Below are positions 46,621-57,397 of a stretch of 64,000 bases of DNA, one piece after another. The position numbers and the translations under genes are program-made. Each line of letters opens with the position of its first letter. Within the stretch, counting starts at the first letter, position 1. A model generated the notes under the pieces. It was not told the origin of the DNA. It made no database searches and saw only the letters and a list, made by a program, of their open reading frames with translations. The stretch is from IMG/VR virus record IMGVR_UViG_3300033066_001295, positions 128,001 to 192,000 of that record; one strand, 5' to 3'. The stretch comes from a virus. Its lineage: Duplodnaviria; Caudoviricetes.

Positions 46621-49600
46621 TTAGGCACAGGTGACTGAGTTGCTATCAACTGATGTGTACCCCATTGAGTTTGTTGCTGTGACGTTAAAGTGGATGCTGT
46701 TCCCGGAATCAAATGTGGCAACTGTAACAGAAGAGCTAACTCCACCATAGTAACCGTTATTTGAGTAGGTGAAAACAGGTGCAGGTACTGCGTCCCATGT
46801 GCCAGTATTAACTGAAATAATATCACCACTGTTGGCTGGCTCACCTGAACTTGCAGTAGCTACAGGTGCCACTGAGCACGATGGAGCGTAGCCTATAACA
46901 GTCCACCCCTTGGATAGAGCTATAGTGGCGTCACAAGACCCTATGCCTGATGTACGTGTTGTGATGGTCTTTGAAGAAACGGTAGCAAGGTTGTTGAACA
47001 CAACATCAAAAGCAGTGGCATCAAGGGCTGTATCAGACAGGTCTATGTCTGCTGATATACCAAACAAACCACATGATGTGAGAGTTGAACAACCAAATAG
47101 TGCAGAAGTAAAGTCAGTCCCGGAAGATACATTACAGGTGCCTATAGACGTAAGGCTTGAACAGCCATCCCAAGCACTTGCGAAGTTAACACCAGACGAC
47201 ATGTCATTGTCTAAGAATGTTATAAGAGAAGTGCAACCAGTCCAAGCGTTCTGGAAGAACTCTGCTGATGACATATCAAGAGTTGGGAATGAAGTGAGAC
47301 CTGAGCAACCATACCAAGCTGAGTTGAAGTTAACTGCTACAGGAGTCACTATAGCGGGGAATGAGGTAAGTCCTGAGCAAAGGAACCAAGCTGCACTAAA
47401 GTCAGAACCTGAAGTGAAATTGATGGCAGGGAATGAAGTGAGGGATGTACAAGTAGTCCAAGAACCATTAAACACTTCACCAACAGGGAATGAGGTTGAA
47501 AGGAACGAAACAAGACCTGAGCAGCCGTACCAAGCGGATGTAAAATCAACACCTGAAGCAAAGTTGATGGCAGGGAATGAAGTAAGACCTGAGCAACCAT
47601 TCCAAGCATTTGAGAAATTAACACCACTTGAGAGGTCAAGAGCAGGGAATGAAGTAAGGCTTGAGCACCCGGACCACGTGTAGTCAAAATCAGTGCCCAA
47701 AGACAGGTTCAAGACAGGCAGGGATGTGAGACTTGAACATGAACCCCACGTTTCAACAAAGCTGGTTCCTGATGATAGATCAAGAGCAGGGAATGAGGTA
47801 AGGCTTGAACAAGAAGCCCAAGCATGGTCGAAGTTTGTGACTGAAGAGAAGTTACCTCCAGATGCAATACTAATAAGATTGGAGCACCCAGTGAATGCAC
47901 CCGACATGCTTCTCCAGATACCACTACCCCACTGGTCAATGGACCTCAGCTTTGTGGCACTGCTGCTACCATCAAACTTCAGGGCTGGAAGAGTTCCGAC
48001 TATGGTAACCTGATAGTTGCCATTGGTAGCATAAGTGTGAGTGGCACCTGAGTCATCCCAAGATGTTACAACGCTGTGTGACCCATCACCCCAGTAAACA
48101 GTGAAATAATATGACTCAGTTGAAACCAGAGGCAGCGTTATACCACTCGCGCCATTGAAGAAGGTAGCCTTAAAGGCTGTACTGAAACCACCACCTCTCC
48201 AGATATTACGTGGTGGTGAAACCACCTCAACTGTCATGCTCTCGTCAGTGCTGCTTGGTCGAGATATATGTGAAGATGAGATTGTATCAACAAAAGGGCT
48301 TTCCAATAGTACACTTGCTGTTGAAGAGACGGTGAGAAGTGTAACCTCAAGTGAATCTCTTGAGTTATGCCATGCCATGCCACCCTCATACTCAGAGTTT
48401 TTGAGAACACCAGAAGATGCGTCCTGATGCAACTTTGCGAAAACGGGGAATGACCCGTCGCCACACTTAACACAGAGCATCAGTGTTCTTTTCTGCTGTG
48501 TTGATGGCACAAAGATTGAGTCAGTAGGGTCAAATGACTCAGTTCTGTCCTCTGAGTAATGAAGGCTCCCTGAGTGAACAATAGCACTACTGGACAAGTT
48601 TAGATCGCTTGTCGAATTAACGTACACCCTATAGCCAACAGAGCCTGAAAGCTGACCTGAGTCGAAAGGTCTAATACTTGTATAACAGGTGTTACCTGAA
48701 CTATGCCATAGGTCAAAGTCAATCAGCTTGACCCAGAAGCTCTTGTCTGAAGCAGTGCTACCAGCCACATAAACTGCCGAGATGGTGATATAGACATCAC
48801 CGATGGTCAAAATCTGGTACACGCCAGTGTAACCAGACTCATCTGAGAAGAAGAGCTTCAACCCGATGTACAAATCATCGGTGTTTATTGTTGAAGCAAA
48901 GTTGATGCGTACCTTACCTCCACTGTTAGTGAGAGATGTGTAGTTTAGCTGTGGAGGGGTAAACACCCTAGACTTCATCTTCTTCCATGGGTACTCAATA
49001 TCAATGTCATGATAAAATGCACCTGAACCTGATACAGGCTCAATAGGCCCATCCAGATAGCTTATGCCGACATCAATACGCTGAGGCCCCATGTTTGAGG
49101 CAGCCGACGAGTGACTGTAAGAAGAGATATAAGGCCTGTTAGTGACACGGTCACGCCATGCATACAGGTTATGGTGGTCGAGGAACCAGACAGGGTAGTT
49201 GTAGTCAAGACCATAGCCTGCTGAGCTACTGGATGGCACAGGCTCAATAATACCACACTCGATGCCCCTGTTATCCCACCTTGGGTCCTGACCACGAAAC
49301 TCAGCACCATGCCATGACTCACCATCATCCGAATTGAAGTAGTGATGCCACAAGCCCTCGGAGAAACCCTCTGCATTAAGCTGAATTGGGGTGGCAAACA
49401 CAAGTTTACCTCCAACCCATTCAAGCTTCACATCATTCAGCATTGGCGTATTGACATGGCCAAATGAGAAATCCTGATTGATGACAACATGGGAAAGGTC
49501 ATCTTCTGGTGCGTCCTGAAAAACGAAATTATCAGATGGTACATCTGTTGAAAAAGCCGCAGCACCCATGTACCGGGCAACTTTTTCTGGGATTGACTCC

Positions 49601-52041
49601 ACTACATTCTGGATGTCATCATTCAAGTAACTCTCAGAACCATCACGCAGGTGTATGGTCTCAACAGCAGCTTCAGGAGTGCTGGATGAGGCTATGAGAC
49701 CTTTGTCATAGATCACCACATAGGCGTTGTACTCATCGTCCTCAACAGCCTTGAATAGAACCAGTGTTGTTTCTGATGACGTTGTGACGGTGAATGTAAC
49801 AACGCCAAGATCAGTTATACCCCACCGGTAAAACTTACCGTCTATGTCCTTCTGAACAACTGGGATGGTTGTGGCGTCAGTAGTGACCTTCCATTTAATG
49901 GAGAAGTCTTTTGCAACAGAAAGACGATACCTTATACCTGAAGGGCTTTCCATGACCACAGCAGACTCAACCAGCAACGGAGCATAGTTGATGTTATCAC
50001 GGAAGTAGATACCGTTGATGTCACGACGCATTGTACGTGACACGGGCTTCATATCTTCAACAAGCTGCCTCACCACGGCAACAAGTTCAAAGTAAGCCTT
50101 CATGTTTAGCTGATAGTTGACAGAAGGGTCAGCCTGAGACTCCATACCAACTATGTCACCCAGAATTGGGTAAGCACCAGCCGTCTGGCCTACAGAGTAC
50201 ACTTTTATTAGCTTGCCACTTAGAGACTGGCTACCAGAACCGCTCGGAACAACGCCATCATCATAGCCATTACCTTGGAAAAAGGCTGACCCATACTCTG
50301 TTGAAATGGATACAAAAGGCACAAGACCTGAGATACCTGAGTCATAGAGTTTCAGTGAGTTACCTAGACCATCAAAATCTGATACAGTGTACTCCCCATC
50401 ATAGAGGCCACTAAATGAGTTCTTGATTACTACAGGGGCAGTATTGCTGGTTGAAACAACGTCAGAGAAGTTAAGCAAGGCCTTGCCTGAACCATCGTCC
50501 TCAATGCTGTTTATATCAAGCTTTGACCTGCCGTAAGCATTGGAGTCATAAGCAGCGTTTTCACCCTCCAGCATACCAAGAGTGATGTGTGTCTCACCAC
50601 TGGTAAGGGACACTGACAAAACCTTGTAGTTCTTGTTACGATCAATCAAGAAAGAGTCATCGTCATACTGACTTGATGAGTTGGTAATGACTACGCTATC
50701 ACCACTGTTAACAAAAGATGTAACATCTGAAGGCACGACAGCACTAAGTGTGTTGGTCACAATATCAACACTGTAGCTGAATCCACCAATATCCTTGAGA
50801 CTGTTGTTCTTGGTTACATTGACAGCCGGATAGTGCAGCATGAACCCTATAGGGTCAATGGCAGTAATAAGGTCAAAAAATGATGACTTGAACTTGATTT
50901 TACTCTGAGGGCCTGACAGCGACATTTTCTGCTTAGCCTCAAGAAGGTCATAGTCCACACTCTCATCACAGATGCTCGCTGTAGAGATCAGATTGCTGAT
51001 GGTGAGAGTGACACTATTAGCCCAGTCCCCATGAGCTACTGCTTCAAAAATAAATGAAGTCGTCCCGTCATCTGACGGGATAGACACACTGGCACGTGTG
51101 TGGTTACTGCCAGAAGCTAAGTTGTAAGTTCCGTACTTTAGCTTCTTATCAACCAGACTGGTAAAGTTACCGAATGGGTTGTGATTGTTGACAATAAGGT
51201 TGTAGTGCAGCCTGCTTGAGGTGACATGTGTGACGTTCTCAAACTCCACAGTGTAGATGAAGTTGGCATCATCCAGAATATTTGGATTATAGGTTATTGA
51301 GCCATAAGGAAGCTGGAGTGTCTCCTCCTTGTTGTAACTGTCACCCAAACCGTCCTCCCTCGTGTAAGCCTTCACAAGGTCCTCAACATTGCCATATGTG
51401 TCGGAGAGAGGGTTATAGGGGTACTCTTCCGGGTAGTAGGCGAAATCAGAGTCGTTTCTGGTAGCTTTAGGCTCTCCGGGGTCCTTGATGGCAAACCTGC
51501 TCCAAAGCTCAGACACCTTCAAGTCGATGAAGCCAAGAACCCTGCCTATAACATAAATAGCTGAGTGGGTTCCTGAAATGTGTGACCGAAGAACTCCAGT
51601 TTTAACCCATGAACGAAGGATTCCTGATACAAACCTGCCAAGAAGCTTCACACCAACAGTGTCAGAAAGAAGACCAAGGAACTTCAGTTCCATCTCTCTG
51701 GCATTCAAGCTCTGAGGAAGCCTCGTTTTGAGTGTTTCCATGTAGCCAAGCTCACCAGAAGAAAGGGCACCTGATTCCTGCTTGTAAATCAAGTCTAGGT
51801 AGGTGTCATAGTCTGCTTGAGACTCACCAAAGTCTTCCGGTGAGAACTTGCCACACTGGCCGGGGTCTTGAAGCCTTGGCATCTCACGCAACTTCTCCGC
51901 TGCATGATTGTGAAACTCAGTGAGGGCATTAAAAACAACCCTGATTGAGTCATTTGGGTCCGTAGCCCTTACTATATAGGGGAGCAGACGATACAAATCG
52001 TCAGGACCCAAGGTAGCAATGTTATAATCAACCTCTCTCAT
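46621..52041 (-). CDS. large baseplate/tail-associated protein with PKD-like domain and BspA/DUF285-like LRRs
   Basis: 1806 aa; VYWGDG..HTY PKD pattern; ~12 repeats of FxxAWxGCSxLTSFP; baseplate context. Confidence 0.75.
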   Translation of the reverse strand: MREVDYNIATLGPDDLYRLLPYIVRATDPNDSIRVVFNALTEFHNHAAEKLREMPRLQDPGQCGKFSPEDFGESQADYDTYLDLIYKQESGALSSGELGYMETLKTRLPQSLNAREMELKFLGLLSDTVGVKLLGRFVSGILRSWVKTGVLRSHISGTHSAIYVIGRVLGFIDLKVSELWSRFAIKDPGEPKATRNDSDFAYYPEEYPYNPLSDTYGNVEDLVKAYTREDGLGDSYNKEETLQLPYGSITYNPNILDDANFIYTVEFENVTHVTSSRLHYNLIVNNHNPFGNFTSLVDKKLKYGTYNLASGSNHTRASVSIPSDDGTTSFIFEAVAHGDWANSVTLTISNLISTASICDESVDYDLLEAKQKMSLSGPQSKIKFKSSFFDLITAIDPIGFMLHYPAVNVTKNNSLKDIGGFSYSVDIVTNTLSAVVPSDVTSFVNSGDSVVITNSSSQYDDDSFLIDRNKNYKVLSVSLTSGETHITLGMLEGENAAYDSNAYGRSKLDINSIEDDGSGKALLNFSDVVSTSNTAPVVIKNSFSGLYDGEYTVSDFDGLGNSLKLYDSGISGLVPFVSISTEYGSAFFQGNGYDDGVVPSGSGSQSLSGKLIKVYSVGQTAGAYPILGDIVGMESQADPSVNYQLNMKAYFELVAVVRQLVEDMKPVSRTMRRDINGIYFRDNINYAPLLVESAVVMESPSGIRYRLSVAKDFSIKWKVTTDATTIPVVQKDIDGKFYRWGITDLGVVTFTVTTSSETTLVLFKAVEDDEYNAYVVIYDKGLIASSSTPEAAVETIHLRDGSESYLNDDIQNVVESIPEKVARYMGAAAFSTDVPSDNFVFQDAPEDDLSHVVINQDFSFGHVNTPMLNDVKLEWVGGKLVFATPIQLNAEGFSEGLWHHYFNSDDGESWHGAEFRGQDPRWDNRGIECGIIEPVPSSSSAGYGLDYNYPVWFLDHHNLYAWRDRVTNRPYISSYSHSSAASNMGPQRIDVGISYLDGPIEPVSGSGAFYHDIDIEYPWKKMKSRVFTPPQLNYTSLTNSGGKVRINFASTINTDDLYIGLKLFFSDESGYTGVYQILTIGDVYITISAVYVAGSTASDKSFWVKLIDFDLWHSSGNTCYTSIRPFDSGQLSGSVGYRVYVNSTSDLNLSSSAIVHSGSLHYSEDRTESFDPTDSIFVPSTQQKRTLMLCVKCGDGSFPVFAKLHQDASSGVLKNSEYEGGMAWHNSRDSLEVTLLTVSSTASVLLESPFVDTISSSHISRPSSTDESMTVEVVSPPRNIWRGGGFSTAFKATFFNGASGITLPLVSTESYYFTVYWGDGSHSVVTSWDDSGATHTYATNGNYQVTIVGTLPALKFDGSSSATKLRSIDQWGSGIWRSMSGAFTGCSNLISIASGGNFSSVTNFDHAWASCSSLTSFPALDLSSGTSFVETWGSCSSLTSLPVLNLSLGTDFDYTWSGCSSLTSFPALDLSSGVNFSNAWNGCSGLTSFPAINFASGVDFTSAWYGCSGLVSFLSTSFPVGEVFNGSWTTCTSLTSFPAINFTSGSDFSAAWFLCSGLTSFPAIVTPVAVNFNSAWYGCSGLTSFPTLDMSSAEFFQNAWTGCTSLITFLDNDMSSGVNFASAWDGCSSLTSIGTCNVSSGTDFTSALFGCSTLTSCGLFGISADIDLSDTALDATAFDVVFNNLATVSSKTITTRTSGIGSCDATIALSKGWTVIGYAPSCSVAPVATASSGEPANSGDIISVNTGTWDAVPAPVFTYSNNGYYGGVSSSVTVATFDSGNSIHFNVTATNSMGYTSVDSNSVTCA

Positions 52042-52574
52042 CAGCCTCTATAGAAGGAGCTACGTACACTAGACGCATCAAGTTTTTTTGATGTGATAAC
52101 AACATTGTTACCACCGCTAGTGTAACCCGGCATAAGAAGGAAAACACCAGAAAATTTGCACGAAGTTGGATAATTTGTATCAGGCTCCCAAGGACCTGAA
52201 GCAGATGTTGTTATAGTCTTGATTGAACCGGGACAGTCAATGTAATCGCCCAAGCTTAGCGTCACAACAAGAGGCGAGTTACAGTTTTCGCCTTCCAGTG
52301 TATGAGCAGCCCATGAGTGCATGAGACGCATTTTCTCAACCAAAGTACTTCTGGACTTGATGTCACCAATACCTGCGACAAGTTGGAAGTCAAAGGCATA
52401 TTCAACAGGCTGGTCACCTTTCCAGATAGCCAAGCTAACAGAGGTAATGCTCATGCCACTAACCTTCCAGTCATTATTCCTTGTTATATTTATCGAATCA
52501 GCCCCATAAATAGGCACAGAACCCCCCTCCCCGGAGAATTTGCCCATCTGGTTGATTGTTTTCGATAGACTCAT
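52041..52574 (-). CDS. tail tube / baseplate-associated protein
   Basis: Beta-rich protein in baseplate context. Confidence 0.5.
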   Translation of the reverse strand: MSLSKTINQMGKFSGEGGSVPIYGADSINITRNNDWKVSGMSITSVSLAIWKGDQPVEYAFDFQLVAGIGDIKSRSTLVEKMRLMHSWAAHTLEGENCNSPLVVTLSLGDYIDCPGSIKTITTSASGPWEPDTNYPTSCKFSGVFLLMPGYTSGGNNVVITSKKLDASSVRSSFYRG

Positions 52575-52594
52575 GGTTAGCTATCTATAAATAG

Positions 52595-53641
52595 ATGTCA
52601 GCACCAGTAGTAAGCCTCAAGAAGTTAGAGCCAAAAAACGGCACGTTGATAAATGGCGTGTGGGTGTTTGAGATTGGCACACCCGTCATAGTAAACTATG
52701 CTGTTGACTCCTCTGGTGATGGTCAGAAGTATATCAAACAGGTGATAAACTGGGGTGACGAAACTGTCGTAGAATCGTCACAGCTTCCTGTAGGAAGGCC
52801 TTTTCAGTCACATCATGCCTACACAGAAGTAGGAGAGTACACAATCAAGCTTGGTGCTGTAAACTTGAGTGGTGCTGAGTGCCTGTACAACAGCAACAAC
52901 CTCATCAGGGTCAGAGTAACACCTCTAGCCGAGAGCAAGAAGGAGCTTTTCAAGTGGCGCGGTCTTGCTCTGCCCTTCAAGAGTATATCAGACAACATAG
53001 CAGCAATAGAGGACCTGCCTGTATCAATCACGTTCGCTCTTGCTCAAGATGCACCAGAACTGGCAGAGGATAATACCCCAAATACAGTGATAGTAGTAGC
53101 TGGAGAAGCTCTTGAATTTGAGCTAGGTGCCAGTGTTGTCATATCTCAGGAGGACAAGCTCATCACCACCAGCAAGGTTGTTGGTATAAACCTGAATGTC
53201 ATCACACTGGATGAGTCATTCCCTCTTGTTGACTCTTATGAAAGAGACAAGGCCACAGTTGAGCTAATCAGGTCAAATCTAGGCAGGACATTCCATAAGG
53301 AGAGGGTTAACAAAAGCTGGTATTTCCCTGTGTCATACGACAATGACTTGGTAAAGGCCTCCATTGCAAATATCCTGTCAACAACACCCTATGAGCGGGT
53401 GATGCTGCCTGAATTTGGCAGCAGACTTCATGAGATACCCTTTGAGCCAAATGACAAGTTTACTAATGGCCTCATTCAAAGGTATGTTGTAACAGCCATT
53501 GAAAAATGGGAGCCAAGAGCGGATGTTGTTGATGTTAAGATAGTTAATTTGAATGACACAGTAACAGCCCACATAAAGCTGAAAATCAACTTGGAGACAT
53601 TCACGGTTGATTTTAACCTAGACCAGTCACTAACAGCCTGA
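52595..53641 (+). CDS. baseplate wedge protein with gp25/GPW domain
   Basis: SIANILSTTPYERVMLPEFGS..FEP..AIEKWEPR. Confidence 0.85.
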   Translation: MSAPVVSLKKLEPKNGTLINGVWVFEIGTPVIVNYAVDSSGDGQKYIKQVINWGDETVVESSQLPVGRPFQSHHAYTEVGEYTIKLGAVNLSGAECLYNSNNLIRVRVTPLAESKKELFKWRGLALPFKSISDNIAAIEDLPVSITFALAQDAPELAEDNTPNTVIVVAGEALEFELGASVVISQEDKLITTSKVVGINLNVITLDESFPLVDSYERDKATVELIRSNLGRTFHKERVNKSWYFPVSYDNDLVKASIANILSTTPYERVMLPEFGSRLHEIPFEPNDKFTNGLIQRYVVTAIEKWEPRADVVDVKIVNLNDTVTAHIKLKINLETFTVDFNLDQSLTA

Positions 53642-54438
53642 TGAGAGTGCTCTCTAAAAATTCAAGATACCACTCAACACCTCTTGTTACAGATGACAAG
53701 AACGTGACCAGATTCATTGAGTGGAAACCACCCCTCTATGGTGAAATACCCGAGTTCATTTATACTGTTGATGCTCGTGACATAGACAGACCCGGATTCA
53801 TCAGCCACAGGCTGTTTGGCACAGTTCAGCTATGGTGGCTGATTCTTCACTACAACAAGATAACCGACCCCTACACTCTTGAAGTAGGGCAGAAGCTGAG
53901 AATACCCTCAGTTGACATAATCAAAAGAAGGCTGGACTCGAAATCAAGAGTGTCACAGCTATTCACAGATATTGCCGTTAATGAGGGCAACTACAAAGTG
54001 AACAAGATGATCAGGAGGAAGGTGCTGCCGTTCAAAAGCCCTCCGTCCTCGACATCGACTACATCAACAACCACCACGCTGTTCTTGTTCAACTTTGCCT
54101 TCCCAGTTCCTGACAACCTGTCTGGGACGACACACTTTCAGCTTCAAATATCTGATACAAGTGACTTCAGTAACTTGCTGTCGTCACTGATGACACAAAC
54201 CTCAGTTGAGAGGTGGTTCTACTATGACCCATCAGCTTCAAGTGGGGCAGGGGCTTTCAGGGCTTTTCCAACTGCCGGGATAAATGGTTCGGCCTATGCA
54301 TCACAAACAGTCTATTACAAAGTATCTGAAAGTAACCTTGCAGGTGCTGAAGCCCCGGAGTACTACTTTCGCTACCGTACATGGGTTAACAACATTGAAG
54401 GCCCATGGTTTGTAAGCCCACCTTTGATCCTATCATGA
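53641..54438 (+). CDS. baseplate wedge gp53-like (LysM) protein
   Basis: DRPGFIS..LFGTVQLWWLILHYN.ITDP..GQKLRIP. Confidence 0.8.
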   Translation: MRVLSKNSRYHSTPLVTDDKNVTRFIEWKPPLYGEIPEFIYTVDARDIDRPGFISHRLFGTVQLWWLILHYNKITDPYTLEVGQKLRIPSVDIIKRRLDSKSRVSQLFTDIAVNEGNYKVNKMIRRKVLPFKSPPSSTSTTSTTTTLFLFNFAFPVPDNLSGTTHFQLQISDTSDFSNLLSSLMTQTSVERWFYYDPSASSGAGAFRAFPTAGINGSAYASQTVYYKVSESNLAGAEAPEYYFRYRTWVNNIEGPWFVSPPLILS

Positions 54439-54896
54439 ACGCTGAAATACTTATTGAGGAGATAAACAGGACCTCACTGAAAGAACACCTGTGCAGCTTT
54501 GCCTTGGCAAAAACAGACTTTATCCTACCGGCTCTCATAGAGGGTGGAAATCCAGTTTACAAGATAAAAGGTGATACTGTGCTCTTCGGGTACACCAACC
54601 CCCCAGTTGGTGTAGGGTACACCAAACTTTCAAGAGATCAGGCCTTGTCTTGGTTCAACTCACTCAATGAGAGTGATACTGGTGAGGATACCAGTGAGGA
54701 ATCAGACAGTGGTGCTTGTGAAATATGTGAAGTGACCCCCTACCAGTGGGATAAACTCGTCCAGATCGTCAATGGTGAGCAAACTGAAGTGGACGAAGAT
54801 GTAAGGTGGTTAGCAGAGACTGGTCTTGTCACTATCAAGCTTAGTGGTAACCCTCAAGCTACGTCTCTTGGCCGTAACTGGGCCAGACTAAAATAA
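54435..54896 (+). CDS. hypothetical protein
   Basis: Start overlaps the upstream stop (ATGA). Confidence 0.55.
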   Translation: MNAEILIEEINRTSLKEHLCSFALAKTDFILPALIEGGNPVYKIKGDTVLFGYTNPPVGVGYTKLSRDQALSWFNSLNESDTGEDTSEESDSGACEICEVTPYQWDKLVQIVNGEQTEVDEDVRWLAETGLVTIKLSGNPQATSLGRNWARLK

Positions 54897-54948
54897 AAAC
54901 GGACTGATGGGGCTACCATCAGTCCGTTCTGCTGCTCTTGAGAATAGA

Positions 54949-55371
54949 TCAGACTTCAGCGGGAGGAGGGGTGGTTTCGACAGGAGGTGCTTCAGCAGGA
55001 GGTGCTTCAGCAGGAGATGCTTCAGCAGGAGGTGCTTCAGCTTCAACCTTCACCTTCTTTGTGCGAGGCTTGCGTGGCTTCCTGTTCGGGTCAAAGTCGA
55101 TGACAGTGATCTCATAAGACGCACAAGGCTTACCCAGCGGTGAAACAACAGGAGTCTCACTTTCGATCTTTTTGCCCTGATAGTTCTTCTTGAACCTCTG
55201 ACGCTGAATAGCGAGCCATCCAGCAAAGGATGTCTTCATAGGCTCCCCAGTTTTTACATCCACATGCTCATGAATGTAAGAGTTACCTTTTTCCAATGAC
55301 ATGAGGGCCAAGATTTGAGGCTTGCGCTTCCGGCCCCTACCGATTTCGATTGTGTTATTGTCTTCTGACAT
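54949..55371 (-). CDS. hypothetical protein with EAPPA repeats
   Basis: 15-bp repeats at the 3' end. Confidence 0.6.
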   Translation of the reverse strand: MSEDNNTIEIGRGRKRKPQILALMSLEKGNSYIHEHVDVKTGEPMKTSFAGWLAIQRQRFKKNYQGKKIESETPVVSPLGKPCASYEITVIDFDPNRKPRKPRTKKVKVEAEAPPAEASPAEAPPAEAPPVETTPPPAEV

Positions 55372-55502
55372 GATCTGATATTAGTTACTTGGTGCTCAGT
55401 GTAAAGACGAAATAAATTACAAAAATTCAGTTTTTTGTAAAACTTCACTTCACTGGGTATAGTGTAGCACGTGTTATAGGGGCTTGCAACTACAAAATGA
55501 TT

Positions 55503-56282
55503 CTAGCAAGCACCCGTTGCATGAATGACAACAGCCTTCAGAGACCTCTGTGAGAAAGCCTGAAGATCAGCATAGCCAGACACAGCAGGGTAGCCATCTG
55601 GGTAGTTGACATCATTCGGAATAAGCACATGCAGGGTGTCAGTATTAGTATCATCCAGCCACAGGGCATCAATCTTAAAATTGGTGCTATTACCAGCTAC
55701 GTACTGCATGTAGATATACTGAGGACTTTCTTCTGTGCCAAGGTTAAGTCTTTCAGTTATAGACATGAGAACTACGTCTGTAATGTCTGCTTTAGTTGGA
55801 GTTAAAGTGAAAGTGAGATGAGTCTTTTCACCGGCACTCCATGTGTAGTCAACCCAGTCTGACACCCTAACTAAGGGAAGTATAGATTCAAGGTGATCAA
55901 CCTGAGTGCTGAGTGCTGCTACTGAGGACTGAACTGTAGCCACAGAGCCATCAGTGTAACCTTTCGTGGCAAGGTGGCTTGAAAGAGTAGGGGTGACACC
56001 GGGAATGGGGCTGGTGAACGGGTGTGTCCCATCAGTCTTCACAAAGGTTGTGTCATCAAACCCTGATGTGTAGGGGTTTGTGTTGAATGATGTGATAACA
56101 GCATTCAACTTGTCTTCAACAAGCCTGATTCGATGAAATGAGTCACCCATGTACCTCTGCATTGCCGACAAAGCATTAGCATCTGAGGCATTCACATACC
56201 GGATAACACCAGCCGTGTTAGTAGCATGGTAGCTGTCAGCAGCCGGATAGCTTGTGTCAAGATTTAGCAGAGAAATGGTCAT
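55503..56282 (-). CDS. virion structural protein
   Basis: HLATKGYTD fibre-type motif; structural gene context. Confidence 0.6.
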   Translation of the reverse strand: MTISLLNLDTSYPAADSYHATNTAGVIRYVNASDANALSAMQRYMGDSFHRIRLVEDKLNAVITSFNTNPYTSGFDDTTFVKTDGTHPFTSPIPGVTPTLSSHLATKGYTDGSVATVQSSVAALSTQVDHLESILPLVRVSDWVDYTWSAGEKTHLTFTLTPTKADITDVVLMSITERLNLGTEESPQYIYMQYVAGNSTNFKIDALWLDDTNTDTLHVLIPNDVNYPDGYPAVSGYADLQAFSQRSLKAVVIHATGAC

Positions 56283-56290
56283 AACAATAG

Positions 56291-57394
56291 TTACAGAGAG
56301 CCTCCTTTGTCACGAAGGCAGGTTATGTGTACTCGATACTCACCAACTCGGTAAATGTGCTTTATTGTGGAGGCATAGCCACGAAGGCTTCCACCTCCTT
56401 GTTCGTGAACTACGTTTACCGTCAAGTTATAAGGGACCTCATCCCACCCCTCACTGCCACGAACAACAACCACAAAAGGAAAAGCAGCGTAAACTTCCTT
56501 GTACTGACACCTTAGAGCAAAACTGTCAATGGCATCCTGTGATGTGAAAGCTGAGTGTGTGTATGACTCACTCTTGTCATAGGGTTCAGGTATAGCCATA
56601 TCACCATAGCTATTACTCACATCAGGACCCTTCTTAGCGAGAAGAGGAACCTTAGAATCCATGTCAAACCCTGTAACCTGATGGACAGCACTACCACTTT
56701 CAGCAACCCACTGTGCTCTTCTGGAAGGGATCACTTCAACGACCATGTCATCATCCACTGTCTTCTCCTCAGCATCGTCGCCTATAACTGACCATATAGC
56801 TTCAACCCCATCAATGGTGAAAAGTCTGAAGCCTGAAGACCCATCCTCACTTTGTGCTCTAGCGTTGACCTCATTAACAATGAAGTCATAGTCAGAAATG
56901 TACGGCTGCCTCAACACCTTGAACTCAGGTATTGCAGTTGTCTTCTGAACACTTTTGACTGAGAAGCCATTTTCACCAAGGATTGACTCTACCATGTCGC
57001 TGAGCTTTTCATACTCATGTGCCCTGCACTTCTCAGCCACCTTCATATCATTCTTACACTGCTCACGAGTAAACAGTGTTAGGCTGTAAGCTTCTCCACG
57101 GTTGTTATAGTTTAGCCTGTGATCAACATAGACATGGCTGTGCTTCCGTGTCATAGCCTGATCATCCATGTCAAAAATCTGAAATTTTACAGTCTTGCCT
57201 TTAACTGTCTCCTTTGGCAAGACATCATAAATCTGCTTCCCATCATACAGGCTCTTTATTCGGAAAACGATTTCAGCTTCAGAAAGAGCATTGCTTGTAG
57301 TCTGGGTGAAGGTAAGACTCTGGCAGGAGGCTGTCAGCATGTCATCCATGTCAACAGCCTCAACCCTCACTTTGAATGTCTTTTCAACGCTCAC
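56291..57394 (-). CDS. baseplate hub / late control D-like protein
   Basis: LSDMVESIL..RQPYISDYDFI pattern. Confidence 0.6.
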   Translation of the reverse strand: MSVEKTFKVRVEAVDMDDMLTASCQSLTFTQTTSNALSEAEIVFRIKSLYDGKQIYDVLPKETVKGKTVKFQIFDMDDQAMTRKHSHVYVDHRLNYNNRGEAYSLTLFTREQCKNDMKVAEKCRAHEYEKLSDMVESILGENGFSVKSVQKTTAIPEFKVLRQPYISDYDFIVNEVNARAQSEDGSSGFRLFTIDGVEAIWSVIGDDAEEKTVDDDMVVEVIPSRRAQWVAESGSAVHQVTGFDMDSKVPLLAKKGPDVSNSYGDMAIPEPYDKSESYTHSAFTSQDAIDSFALRCQYKEVYAAFPFVVVVRGSEGWDEVPYNLTVNVVHEQGGGSLRGYASTIKHIYRVGEYRVHITCLRDKGGSL

Positions 57395-57397
57395 ACG

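Noticed and set aside
46910-47683. 257-aa plus-strand repeat ORF
   Set aside because: Antisense shadow of the LRR repeats of the 1806-aa gene.
47040-47900. diversity-generating retroelement target
   Set aside because: Repeat differences are not adenine-specific and there is no reverse transcriptase in the window.
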